A stretch of 64,000 nt of DNA from Macrostomum hystrix. Its lineage: Eukaryota; Animalia; Platyhelminthes. The position numbers and the translations under genes were made by a program. This document shows, piece by piece, positions 13,445 through 29,794 of this stretch (position 1 is its first letter; every line of letters starts with the position of its first letter). The notes under the pieces were generated by a model. It was not told the origin of the DNA. It made no database searches and worked only from the letters and a program-made list of their open reading frames with translations. The DNA lies in contig CATNEN010000038.1 in the NCBI GenBank assembly GCA_950097015.1, positions 6,572,001 to 6,636,000 of the forward strand, in the 5' to 3' direction.

Positions 13445-14732
13445 GGCATAGTTCTAGTTTACTTCGCTATATTATTTTGCCTTTCACGAAATTATTTCAC
13501 CCAGTTTTTGTCACTTTACACAGGATAATACACAGAAGCCCATAGTCAGGAAGGTGGCAGAGTGTGCGCCGGAACAAATTTTGGCCTCTCCCAAAATTGT
13601 GCGCCGTGCGCCGACACAAAAACCCTCGTGTGCGCCGTTGTGCGCCCGCCACTAGCTGCCTTGCGACAATAAAAGACCTTTTTTTACAACATAGCAACAA
13701 TTTTTGTGCGCCAATATTTTCAATAAACCCTACGAACGAACGGCGAACTCTTTCTATTCTCATAAATGAATAATGAATGAAATAAATAAACGTTACACGA
13801 GAGTCGAGTCACGAGACAAGAGAATATAATGGTTAATACGGGACGGTTACGGGCTATCTATATTATATTATGAGAAATTGAGATCATTTAACCGAAAATA
13901 GAAATTTAAAAAAATTTTAATTTAATTTCTAATTTTTAAAACAAAACAAACATAAAAAGTAAGCAAATGGCAAAAACAAAGGTAAAAAGGAAAAGGAAAA
14001 TATTTTATTTTATTTTTATTTTTTTGGTAGAATGCAGTGTTACATTAGATAGAACAGTGAATAGTGTACTGTAACAAGTAACGACTTACATCGTTACATG
14101 GGATCGCCACAAGGGTAACGCTGCATGTGGCGCGGCACCCGCCGCGCCGCGCCGCCATGCGCCGGTGTCCTCTGGTGTGCGCCGTTGTGCGCCGTTGTGC
14201 GCCGTTGTGTGCCCAAAAAGGGCTTGTGTGCGCCGGAATTTTCCGACCAAACTGCCACCTTCCTGACTATGGACAGAAGCCCAGTAAAGCCACGTGAGAT
14301 CAAGTGCTGCGCCCATCCCAACACTGCCAACAGTCCTAGGCATAGCCGTCGATGTAGGCATAGCTGTCAATGTGCAGGTGTATGTCCACATTGCATTGTG
14401 CACATGTGGCTTGATTGGCAATGAGGTGATGCTTCGCCATCCACCTCATGGTTTTTATGTTGTCGCCACTTGCCTCCACCATCTCCCGAATACCAAAATT
14501 TCTTTTGGTAGGCCTATAATTCAGCAAGTTGGCAGCATTGACCAGTTGATTAGGTGGGACAATAAATTTGAGGGGAGCTGGGTGGCCGGCCATTGTGCAG
14601 ATTAAGCTGAAAGGGTTGTGGTTTGAGTACAGATGCAGAATATGCTATGTAAATACAAAAACACTTAAAAATAATATCGCGAAGTAAAGTAGAACTATGA
14701 AAGAATATTGCGAAGTAAACTAGAACTATGCC
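13445..14732 (-). mobile_element. Merlin-superfamily DNA transposon remnant
   Basis: TIRs GGCATAGTTCTAGTTTACTTCGC / GCGAAGTAAACTAGAACTATGCC; perfect 8-bp TSD TATTGTTT (13437-13444, 14733-14740). Minus ORF 14593-14336 WMAKHHLIANQATCAQC...DGYA resembles the Merlin transposase N-terminal Zn ribbon and is followed by stops. Confidence 0.8.
13540..14272. mobile_element. MITE nested in the Merlin element
   Basis: 21-bp TIR CCATAGTCAGGAAGGTGGCAG / CTGCCACCTTCCTGACTATGG; 8-bp TSD ACAGAAGC (13532-13539, 14273-14280); subterminal TGTGCGCCG repeats; AT-rich core. Confidence 0.9.
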
Positions 14733-14829
14733 TATTGTTTTATAGGACCAAGCTAAATATTTAGTAGTTAAGCTAAACTAAAGTAAAGTGCAAGTATGCA
14801 ACTTGGCAATACCTTAACCCTTGCCTTCT

Positions 14830-15228
14830 GCCCCTCTGCATGTCTGTTTGTTTTAGTTTGTTTGTGTTAGTTTGGGCCAGGTGTGAAGCATTGTTTGTAT
14901 GGGGTGGGGTGGGTGTGCACCAGCAATGTGTGCTCTGAGTGGCAAGGTTACACTAGCCATCTGTGCACATGGCTTGGTCCTTTTGTCTCTACCCTTCAGG
15001 CATCTAAGTCCTCCCCTGGTTTGGTCTGCTTTGTGCATGTGCAGGCCCAGGGTGAGAGGTACTCTGACTATTGCCCTCTTCCTTGCTTGGCTTGCTGCTG
15101 TGTGTAAGATGCCTGAGTCTATTGGTTCAGATGGTGTGATGGGCAACTCTTGCCTAGTTTGCTGGCCTGGAGGCATGCTGTTCCTGCCTTGTGCATCAAT
15201 TGTCCTAGGCCCCCTTGCAATTAAGTAA
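14830..15228 (+). mobile_element. Degenerate (CpG-decayed) copy of the SINE at 17351
   Basis: Colinear with ~17530-17935, e.g. TTGGTCTGCT..GTGC..GGGTGAGAGG..GCTTGGCTTGCTGCTGTGTGT..GGCATGC..GGCCCC. Confidence 0.8.
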
Positions 15229-15650
15229 AACAGTGCAACTTGGCTCTATTGGCCAAAGCACATCAGCATTTAAGTCAATTATTCAAGTTTGACTATTTAA
15301 GTCCATGTGAGCCAGTTAACAACAATAATTAAAGCCCTTTTTTGATCTGTTTTCCAAAAGTTCCAAAAGTTTTCCAACTTTTTGCAAAAGTTGATCTCCC
15401 AAAAAGTTAGTGCCTTTACTCATTCATTTCTTGGCAATATGGCTATTGGACGTGCAGGCATATTTTAGTTTTTGTCAAGGAATATCTAATTAAAATTATA
15501 GGGGCTAGAAAATTGCTATTTAATTTACTTTTAAAATCTTAAACACAAAAACACTACCATGTTGTTGATGCCAAGCTACCTTCTGGCTACTAGCTGTTTA
15601 AATCAAATATATAGGGCATAATTGTTTTTGGTATAGACAAAGTATCAGTA

Positions 15651-16291
15651 GGGTAATGTATCATCAACCAATCAAGAATGTGTATTTTTTAACTTCAAAC
15701 CTAACCTACAGATTTTCTATTTAAGATATGATGATAAATCAAAAGCCAAGTTATAGAAAACAGTTACATCTTTCTAAAAAGTATCTGCTTTTGCTATTTT
15801 ATCAAATAGAAAAATGTTATTCCTGCTTTTTATCTAAAACAAAACAATGATTTTCATGTATCTTCAAACCAAACAGAGAATTTGATGTTTGGTTTTACAA
15901 TTTGAGTGAGTTGTTTAATCTTATTTTAAGGAGTGAACTATCATGAATTATGTAATTTGAAAGCATTTTTCGTGCTCTATAAATAACTACATTTATGGTC
16001 ATTTAATTGGCAAGCAACCACATACAATCTTCGTCTAAAGTACATGCTGAAAAAATGTTGTTAAAAAGTATGCTTTTGCAATAAAAATTTCTACTGAAAC
16101 ATCAATATCTTTCTTTCCTCCTAATGCTTCATTGCACATCATGCCTCAGCTTGTAGATAATTTCTTCAACTTTCAAATTAGTTGTTCTGTGAAACACAAT
16201 AGCTTGTTTCTGTCTTGCACGAGACCAAGGAAGAAGTCAAAATTCTTGTTCGGTTTTGAAGATACACTGTTCGGTTGATGATACATTACCC
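15651..16291. mobile_element. MITE with 19-bp TIR GGGTAATGTATCATCAACC, TA flanks
   Basis: Inverted termini at 15651 and 16273-16291 with TA on both sides; a second, inverted copy starts at 63531. Confidence 0.88.
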
Positions 16292-16377
16292 TAGGCCTAG
16301 TCTAAGCAAAGGTATGCTATCATCAACAAAATTATGAACTTTTTTCTTTACTTTTTATGATATACATATTACCTAAT

Positions 16378-16590
16378 ATGTGTCCTTTAGCAAGACATTC
16401 AACTCTGCATTGCTTCAGTTACCCAGCTGTTAAATGGGTACCAGCATCAGCTGGGGTAATTAATTTAAGGTAGGTGTGGCGTCCCACAGTCCGTGGACTG
16501 AACAGCTGCACACAGCCTTCAGATGTGCTGCACATTAGCTGCAGCTGTGCTGTCGGCTGCACATCTGACCCAATTGGGGCAGGTGTAATC
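16378..16590 (+). mobile_element. SINE body fragment
   Basis: GTGTCCTT..GCAAGACA...TTGCTTCAGTTACCCAGCTGTTAAATGGGTACC; a related inverted copy lies at ~57345-57500. Confidence 0.6.
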
Positions 16591-17350
16591 AATTATTATT
16601 CAATTATATTACCTAACTCTAAATATCAAAGCCTATTGAAACCTTTACTAAAAATTTTGTTCTTTAATAGTTAAAAGAACTGTATCTTATACTTAAATTA
16701 TATTGTTCAACTTAAAAAAAATCATGTTGGCAATTTGAGAACCAATCAAAAGTGTAAGTTGAAGGCTCAATTTCGTTTTTAGTTTTAAGTCTATACTTAT
16801 AATAATCTTAAATGTGATATTTTAACCTTATATCCCATTCAGATAAGGCTGTGTTGGATTCAATTTCAACTAGCTAGAGTCATTACTCATTTAAAGTTAT
16901 TCAAATAATATGAGAGTTGAGACACTGATTTACTTCATTGATTTCTATATTAAAAATAATTTTTTGGAACAAGGCCTAAGCAATTATGCTGAAATTTTAT
17001 AGGCTGAAATTCAGGGTGCCAAATAAAATGGTTTAATGCATCCATTTAGCAAAAAAAATCCTGTTTATAGCAAATATGCATTGTTTTACTTACAAAGCTA
17101 TAATATTCAAATTGTCCTAGGATTAAAATGGCAGTCAGAATTTTTTTTCACAAAATAAATTAGGATTATCCCTAAAAGAAAGAAGTTTTCAGTATTAAAT
17201 GTTCTAAATAACTAAACAACTATTAGACATTACACAATTTTTACAGTTAGGCATCAGTCATCATAATGAACTTATTTGGTTTTCTATATAAATTAACTTT
17301 GAGCATAGGAGTCGAAGAATTATAGAAGTGAAATAAAATTGGTAATCAAA

Positions 17351-17935
17351 GGGGCGAGGGGGGTCAGCGGCTAACGTCGCTGCCTCGCACTCCAAAGGAC
17401 GCTAGTTCGATTCACCCTTCAGGTCACTATTAATTTCGGTACTTGTTGGGGGGTTTGTACAGTAGCGACCGGCGGAGGTGCACCATATTTCGTGCAATCA
17501 AAGCTTGAAAAATAGCTTCGCTCCTACCTTTCTGTGTGCCTGTTCTGCGTTGTATGAGTTATGTGCGTTGGCGCTGGGGCGTTAGACCTTGCGGGGGTGG
17601 CTGGGGGGCGGGTGTACACCGCCGCGCGCTCATCTGGATTTCCGTCAGCGCGATTGGATAAAGTGTACACTCGTCACCCGCCCCCCCCTGAGGACTGATT
17701 TCTTATCAGCCTTCCGCACCCGGCTTGGTCTGCTCTGTGCGTGTGCGGGCCTGGGGTGAGAGGCACTCCGGCTGCCGCCCCCTTCCCCGCTTGGCTTGCT
17801 GCTGTGTGTGTGAGGTGCCTGCTCAGGGGAGGCGGCGCGATGGGCGGCTCTCGCCTAGTTCGCCGGCCTGGGGGCATGCCGTTCCTGTGTTTGTGCGTCA
17901 AGTGCCCCAGGCCCCCCTGCAAAGTAAGTAAGTAA
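17351..17935 (+). mobile_element. tRNA-derived SINE, near full length
   Basis: GGGG start, A-box-like GGTCAGCGG, B-box GTTCGATTC, (AGTA)n tail; decayed homolog at 14830-15228. Confidence 0.75.
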
Positions 17936-18010
17936 TTGGTAATCAAGTTATCTGCACGCTATTGCTTACAGTTTTTAAGTGTGTTCGCGCCTAATTGTTG
18001 CAGCATTAAC

Positions 18011-20977
18011 ATGCCAACTGCACTGTTAGCTAGAAACTGGCCAATCAGATTGTCCCATCATGTCACCTGGACTTCCTGCTTGTTGCTACACAGTCTGACA
18101 CTTCTCTCCACTGCCTGTTTTGCTACTGTTCAAAGCGAACAATCAGGGAGTGTTGATGGAAAACCAGCCGCGGCTAGGCAGCAGAAAGTGGCCATTCTCG
18201 GCAGTGGAATTGCCGCTGCCAGCGCTGCCTACTTCCTGCACGACCTGTCCGCCGCAGACTGTCGCATCGATGTCATCAGCCGCGAGGCCTCAGATTCTGT
18301 TGTTGGCGGCCGGCTTAGTGTGGCCCAGTTCGATGGTCGGCAGTTCGAATCCGGCGGATCGATCATACACGATAAGAATCTCTATATGAGGCATTTCGCC
18401 GACTCTCTGGGGCTTGAGCGGCTCTATCACGGCGAGGAAATGAGGCTAGCTGTCTACAATGGCAAGGAGACTGTTCTAGATACTAGCGACTGGTACCTAG
18501 TGAAGATGGCCCAGCTGCTGCACCGCTACGGCTTGTCAGCGTTTGTCAATCTGCGCAGGTTTATCACCTCCATGCTTGACGACTTTGGTCGAATCTACGC
18601 CAGGCAAAATGCTGGCCAGGCCTTCACTAGCGTGGGAAGCCTGCTGGCTGCAATGTCTGACGCATTTCCGAGAATGGCAAGCCAGACTATTGAAAAGGTA
18701 TGCTTAGTTTTTGTTAACTGTTCTAGTTCGTTTGCTTTCCGCTTTTCTTAATGTCTCACAATCCTGACAAAAACTGAGGTACAGCTGTCTAACACATCCT
18801 CCAGAAACTCAGGTTCAGCTGTCTAACACATCCTCCAGGAACTCAGGTTCAGCTGTCTAACACATCCTCCAGGAACTCAGGTTCAGCTGTCTAACACATC
18901 CTCCAGAAGCTCAGGTGTAGCTGTCTAACAGATCCTCCAGAAGCTCAGGTGTAACTGTCTAACACATCCTCCAGAAACTCAGGTTCAGCTGTCTAACACA
19001 TCCTCCAGAAACTCAGGTGTAGCTGTCTAACACATCCTCCGGGAACTCAGGTGTAGCTGTCTAACACATCCTCCAGGAACTCAGGTTCAGCTGTCTAACA
19101 CATCCTCCAGGAACTCAGGTTCAGCTGTCTAACACATCCTCCAGAAGCTCAGGTGTAGCTGTCTAACACATCCTCCAGAAACTCAGGTTCAGCTGTCTAA
19201 CACATCCTCCAGAAACTCAGGTTCAGCTGTCTAACACATCCTCCAGAAACTCAGGTGTAGCTGTCTAACACATCCTCCAGAAACTCAGGTACAGCTGTCT
19301 AACACATCCTCCAGAAACTCAGGTGTAGCTGTCTAACACATTCTCCAGAAACTCAGGTGTAGATGTCTAACACATCCTCCAGAAGCTCAGGTGTAGCTGT
19401 CTAACACATCCTCCAGGAACTCAGGTTTAGCTGTCTAACACATCCTCCAGAAACTCAGGTGTAGCTGTCTAACACATCCTCCAGAAACCCAGGTGTAGCT
19501 GTCTAACACATCCTCCAGAAACTCAGGTGTAGCTGTCTAACACATTCTCCAGAAACTCAGGTGTAGATGTCTAACACATCCTCCAGAAGCTCAGGTGTAG
19601 CTGTCTAACACATCCTCCAGGAACTCAGGTTTAGCTGTCTAACACATCCTCCAGCAACTCAGGTTCAGATGTCTAACACATCTTCCAGCAACTCAGGTTC
19701 AGCTGTCTAACACATCCTCCAGCAACTCAGGTTCAGATGTCTAACACATCTTCCAGCAACTCAGGTTCAGCTGTCTAACACATCCTCCAGGAACTCAGGT
19801 TCAGCTGTCTAACACATCCTCCAGGAACTCAGGTTTAGGTGTCTTACACATCCTCCAGGAACTCAGGTTCAGCTGTCTCTTTTATCCCCCAGAAACTCGG
19901 GTTCTGGGTCTAACACCATCTGACCTCACCTGACCTCGGCCGCACCCCCTCACCTGTCTCACCTGTCAATCAGTTACTATCGGATAGCGGCTTCGACTCC
20001 GAGTTCATCAACGAACTCGTTGCCGGGGCAATGCGCAACAACTACGGCCAGAACGTGAGCATTCACGGCTTCGTAGGCGCTGTCTCATTGGCTGGCGCCG
20101 AAGGCGGCCTCTGGTCGGTTCGCGGCGGCAACCGTCTCATTGTGTCCAATCTGCTGCAACGGCTGGCTAAGCAGAGCCAAGATAATAATACAATAAGATT
20201 GCTATTTGACAGGCGAGTGACTCGTGTGGCTAAGGCTGAAGGTGGCGGTTGGCTAGTTATCAGTGTCGGCTCGCAATCAGATAGCGTTACTACGGAGCAA
20301 TACGACCAGGTCATACTGACTGTACCAGGAAATCAACAGTTCGACATTCAGGTCTGCGCTTTGTGTTGATCCTAATTTTTTTCTGGGTTATATTTTTAGT
20401 TTTCTTAGAAGCCTTGCTAAATTCGATTTCCATTCTACAGACTGACGGCTTTGAGGTTCCCCGAGTAGATTACCAGACTACAGTGGCAACCTTTGTCAAG
20501 GGCGTCCTGAATCACCGCAGTCTGGGCCTATCCTCGCGCCAGGAGCAGTACAGTGTACTCACCGGTACGCCTGCTGCGCCGTTGGACTTTAACAGCGTCG
20601 GCTATCAGCACGATGTTGACGGAGCGGCTTCGGACAGAGTTTACAAGGCGTTCTCAGAGCGATCCCTGTCTAGCGATCAGCTGGCTAAACTATTCTCTAA
20701 TGTTGAGTCTACTCAAAGTGTGACCTGGCCAGCTTATCCGCTGTATAGGCGGGACACGAATGTGCTCAATGCCAGTTTTGTCCTAGCTGACGGACTGTAC
20801 CACACCAGCCCGATAGAACTGGCAGCTTCGGCCATGGAGATGTCAGCCATCGCTGGCCGAAATGCCGCCCTGCTGGCGCGCAACCATTGGACTGGACTGT
20901 CCAGCCAGTTGACGGATCCCAGCGACTCCAGGCCGCCTGCTCAGGACAGTGTCCGACTGCACCGGATAGAATTGTGA
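18011..20977 (+). CDS. PCYOX1: Prenylcysteine oxidase 1 (FAD-dependent); exons 18011-18697, 19974-20351, 20441-20977
   Basis: N-terminal hydrophobic leader; VAILGSGIAAASAAY (Rossmann fold), VGGRL, FESGGSIIHDKNLYM, MRNNYGQ, LWSVRGGN, IELAASAMEMSAIAGRNAALL. All GT-AG junctions are phase 0. C-terminal RIEL may be an ER-retention-like signal. Confidence 0.95.
18772..19880. repeat. Minisatellite, 34-bp unit CTCAGGTTCAGCTGTCTAACACATCCTCCAGAAA, in PCYOX1 intron 1
   Basis: Tandem periodicity of 34. Confidence 0.97.
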
Positions 20978-21914
20978 TTGCAGATTAAATTCGTTTTTTA
21001 ACTGTCTTCCTTTAAATACAGTGTGACCAGACCAATTAGTGTACTTTGACAGTAGAAAGATCACGGGGTATTTCAAATTGACACGTTTTTCAGTTTTCGG
21101 TATCTCCAACAATATTTAACAAGTCGCCATGAAAATGCAGAACACGAGCGAAAATTTTCCACTCTATCCGATTAAACAACTTCCAGAATAACAAAGCATC
21201 GGCATCGAGATATTCAACGATTCTCGTCTGGGTTTTTTTCCTACCAATTTAATCTTGAAACTTTTTAAACTTTCAAAACTATTTGATTTCTTAGAATGAA
21301 CATTTCTTTATAAATTTTGTCTTTTATAAGTACAGTGATTACTAAAATCGATAAATAATTAGTTATTACACGATATTTGTTATAATTATAGTTACAACAT
21401 TAAGAAAGTATATATTTTATTGAAAAAATATACTTTTTTTACCCCTCGTCACCCATCTCACACTTGTACTTAGATTCATCGTGTCTTGTGTTCTACTCTA
21501 CGAAACGCACAGTCTTCCTTTATTAATAAATTGTTAATTAAAATTGTTTGTCAACGTGCCATGCCAAAAAGTTTTTTGTTCGTCCATTTTGTAAAAAAAA
21601 CAGATTTTACCAAAAGTTCATGTGCATTGTTGATGTATGATGTGTGCGTGGGTCTTATGCATATATGCTTCATTAAGAGAAATTTTTGTTTTGTAAAATA
21701 AATTATCACAATACTAAACAATCATTATTAAAAATGTACTACATAATCTTGAAAATTTACTTATTTTTAACATCATATTGATATTTTCGTAAGACTTAAT
21801 CGCTCTTACATGCATTGTTCATAAGCTGCAATCGATATGGATTTTAGTAATAGATGGGAATTGATTAGATTATTGTATATAATAATTAGGCTTTGGGTGT
21901 ATACAGTTAGAATC

Positions 21915-23850
21915 CGGTGTATAATGATGGATTCGTGTGTATAATGAAGGATTCGTGTGTATAATGATGGATTCTGAGTATAATGATAGATTCGTGTGTA
22001 TAATGATGGATTCGTGTGTATAATGAAGGATTCGTGTGTATAATGATGGTTTCGCGTGTATAATGATGGATTCGTGTGTAAAATGATGGATTCTGAGTAT
22101 AATGATGGATTCGTGTGTATAATGAAGCATTCGTGTGTATAATGATGGATTCTGAGTATAATGATGGATTCGTGAGTATAATGATGGATTCGTGTGTATA
22201 ATGAAGGATTCGTGTGTATAATGATGGTTTCGCGTGTATAATGATGGATTCGTGTGTATAATGATGGATTCGTGTGTATAATGATGGATTCTAATTATAA
22301 TGATGGATTCGTATGTATAATGATGGATTCTGAGTATAATGATGGATTCGTGTGTATAATGAAGGATTCGTGTGTATAATGATGGTTTCGCGTGTATAAT
22401 GATGGATTCTGAGTATAATGATCGATTCGCGTGTATAATGAAGGATTCGTGTGTATAATGATTGAGTTTTTGTATAATGATTGATTAGTGTGTATAATGA
22501 TGTATTCGCGTGTATAATTATGAATTATGGTTCTATTTATGGAGTAGTGTGTATAATAATTGAGTCATGTGAATAATGATGGATTCGTGTGTATAATGAT
22601 GGATTCGTGTGTTTACTGATGTATTCGTGTGTTTACTGATGTATTCGTGTGTTTAATGATGGATTTGTGTGTATAATGATGTATTCGTGTGTTTACTGAT
22701 GTATTCGTGTGTATAATGATGGATTTGTGTGTATAATGACGGATTCGTGTGTATAATAATGGATTCGCGTGTATAATGATGTATTCGTGTGTATAATGAT
22801 GTATTCGTGTGTATAATGATGGATTCGTGTGTATAATGATGGATTCGTGTGTATAATGATGGAGCCGTGTGTTTAATGATGGATTCGTGTGTTTACTGAT
22901 AGATTCGTGTGTTTACTGATAGATTCGTGTGTATAATAATGGAGTAGTGTGTATAATGATGGATTCGTGTGTATAATGATGGAGCCGTGTGTTTAATGAT
23001 GGATTCGTGTGTTTACTGATAGATTCGTGTGTTTACTGATAGATTCGTGTGTATAATGATGGATTCGTGTGTTTAAAGATGGATTCGTGTGTTTACTGAT
23101 AGATTCGTGTGTATAATGATGGATTCGTGTGTATAATGATGGATTCGTATGTATAATGATGGATTCGTATGTATAATGATGGATTCGTGTGTATAATGAT
23201 GGATTCGTGAGTATAATGATGGATTCGTGTGTATAATGATGGATTCGTGTGTATAATGATAGATTCGTGTGTATAATGATGGATTCGTGTGTATAATGAT
23301 GGAGCCGTGTGTTTAATGATGGATTCGTGTGTTTACTGATAGATTCGTGTGTTTACTGATAGATTCGTGTGTATAATAATGGAGTAGTGTGTATAATGAT
23401 GGATTCGTGTGTATAATGTATTCGTGTGTATAATGATGGATTCGTGTGTTTAAAGATGGATTCGTGTGTTTACTGATAGATTCGTGTGCATAATGATGGA
23501 TTCGTGTGTATAATGATGGATTCGTATGTATAATGATGGATTCGTATGTATAATGATGGATTCGTGTGTATAATGATGGATTCGTGTGTATAATGATGGA
23601 TTCGTGTGTATAATGATGGATTCGTGTGTATAATGATGGATTCGTATGTATAATGATGGATTCGTGTGTATAATGATGGATTCGTGTGTATAATGATGGA
23701 TTCGTATGTATAATGATGGATTCGTATGTATAATGATGGATTCGTGTGTATAATGATGGATTCGTGTGTATAATGATGGATTCGTGTGTATAATGATGGA
23801 TTCGTGTGTATAATGATGGATTCGTATGTATAATGACGGATTCTGGGTAT
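21915..23850. repeat. Minisatellite, 20-bp unit TATAATGATGGATTCGTGTG
   Basis: Tandem periodicity; ends ~200 nt before the STIL ATG. Confidence 0.97.
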
Positions 23851-24056
23851 AGTGATCGATTATATTTTTTCATGGATATTTATTGACTAGGTTATGGATA
23901 TCGATATAGACTATGTATATTATTTATCAGTGTATTGAGATGGTTACTAATTTATTAAGTGCTCTGACGGTATTCGACACCCACGTAGCTAAATCAAAAA
24001 CAAAAACTTGATGCACCCTTTTAACCCCGACTGCTTTCAGCAGAACAGTTTTTGAA

Positions 24057-27684
<3,628 letters not shown>

Positions 27685-28067
27685 TTAGGATTATTGATTA
27701 GGAATCCCAATACTATCCCTATTTTGCAGCTGCATTTTATTTTTCAACAAACTTTTAGCCTGTGCTCATTTGAACTGTCAATTATTAATTATTATGATTT
27801 TATTTAATTTCCCTTTAATTGATGCTTAGAAACTGAATTAAATAGCATGCTTCAACATGAAACAGTTTTTTTGTGTAAATTCTGCATTTTATTTCCGTAC
27901 TAAACTGACACGACCATTTTAAATATAATACCGTCCATTTGAGCTCACTGAAATAATCTAATTGCTATTCTCAATTCATATTTATTAAGCTAGTCTTTTG
28001 TGTTCTCACTTATAATGATTCTTTATTGCATTGAGCTGTCTTCTCAATTTCTTCATTCCTGTCCCAC

Positions 28068-29335
28068 ATCTCTTATCTCATTCTCACAGTCTCTCATCTC
28101 ATTCTCACAGTCTCTTATCTCATTCTCACAGTCTCTCATCTCATTCTCACAGTCTCTCATCTCATTCTCACAGTCTCTTATCTCATTCTCACAGTCTCTC
28201 ATCTCATTCTCACAGTCTCTTATCTCATTCTCACAGTATCTTATCTCATTCTCACAGTCTCTTATCTCATTCTCACAGTCTCTCATCTCATTCTCACAGT
28301 CTCTTATCTCATTCTCACAGTCTCTCATCTCATTCTCACAGTCTCTCATCTCATTCTCACAGTCTCTTATCTCATTCTCACAGTCTCTCATCTCATTCTC
28401 ACAGTCTCTTATCTCATTCTCACAGTCTCTCATCTCATTCTCACAGTCTCTTATCTCATTCTCACAGTATCTTATCTCATTCTCACAGTCTCTCATCTCA
28501 TTCTCACAGTCTCTCATCTCATTCTCACAGTCTCTCATCTCATTCTCACAGTCTCTTATCTCATTCTCACAGTCTCTCATCTCATTCTCACAGTCTCTCA
28601 TCTCATTCTCACAGTCTCTCATCTCATTCTCACAGTCTCTCATCTCATTCTCACAGTCTCTTATCTCATTCTCACAGTATCTTATCTCATTCTCACAGTC
28701 TCTCATCTCATTCTCACAGTCTCTCATCTCATTCTCACAGTCTCTCATCTCATTCTCACAGTATCTTATCTCATTCTCACAGTATCTTATCTCATTCTCG
28801 CAGTCTCTCATCTCATTCTCACTGTCTCTTATCTCATTCTCACAGTATCTTATCTCATTCTCACAGTATCTTATCTCATTCTCAAGTCTCTCATCTCATT
28901 CTCACAGTCTCTCATCTCATTCTCACAGTATCTTATCTCATTCTCACAGTATCTTATCTCATTCTCACAGTATCTTATCTCATTCTCGCAGTCTCTCATC
29001 TCATTCTCACAGTCTCTTATCTCATTCTCACAGTATCTTATCTCATTCTCACAGTATCTTATCTCATTCTCAAGTCTCTCATCTCATTCTCACAGTATCT
29101 TATCTCATTCTCGCAGTCTCTCATCTCATTCTCACTGTCTCTTATCTCATTCTCACAGTATCTCATCTCATTCTCGCAGTCTCTCATCTCATTCTCACAG
29201 TCTCTCATCTCATTCTCACAGTATCTCATCTCATTCTCACAGTCTCTCATCTCATTCTCACAGTCTCTCATCTCATTCTCACAGTATCTTATCTCATTCT
29301 CACAGTCCCTCATCTCATTCTCACAGTCTCTTATA
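28068..29335. repeat. Minisatellite, 21-bp unit ATCTCATTCTCACAGTCTCTC
   Basis: Tandem periodicity. Confidence 0.97.
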
Positions 29336-29794
29336 CCCCTCTCATGATGTCCTATCTCCATCTAAGTCTATTTAAATTCCCTCTCCCAGTCTTCTATTTC
29401 CCGTCCGCCTTTCATTCTTATAAATCTCCAAATTTTCCCAGTTATCCTTAATATGGCCGGCCACTTACTCCCAACCAATCAGCAGTGTCCGTTGGTCTTT
29501 AGGCAAATAGAATCGGCCTCACCCAATCGCCGCGCATTTTTGAGAGCTATAATTCTAGCACTGTCCGTGCAAGAAGCAATTCTCTGCTTTTTATATTGAG
29601 GCTTTCTTGAGTCAGCCCGAGTTTGCTTAAGATGAGTCCAGGCCGCGAGTGCTCACAGAATAATTAAGCAATCGTCCGACACGTGACTTAACTTTGCTAA
29701 TTTATCTATTCATGGAGCGGTGAGTGCTGCTGCATGCATTCTTCCTCAAACATGCTGCGAGACATTTGCGTAATTCTCAAAATCTCACTTGTTG

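Noticed and set aside
14336-14593. Functional zinc-ribbon gene
   Set aside because: It is a truncated transposase N-terminus inside TIRs, followed by stops and a MITE insertion.
17351-17430. tRNA gene
   Set aside because: It has A/B boxes but no convincing cloverleaf, and it continues into a repeated SINE body.
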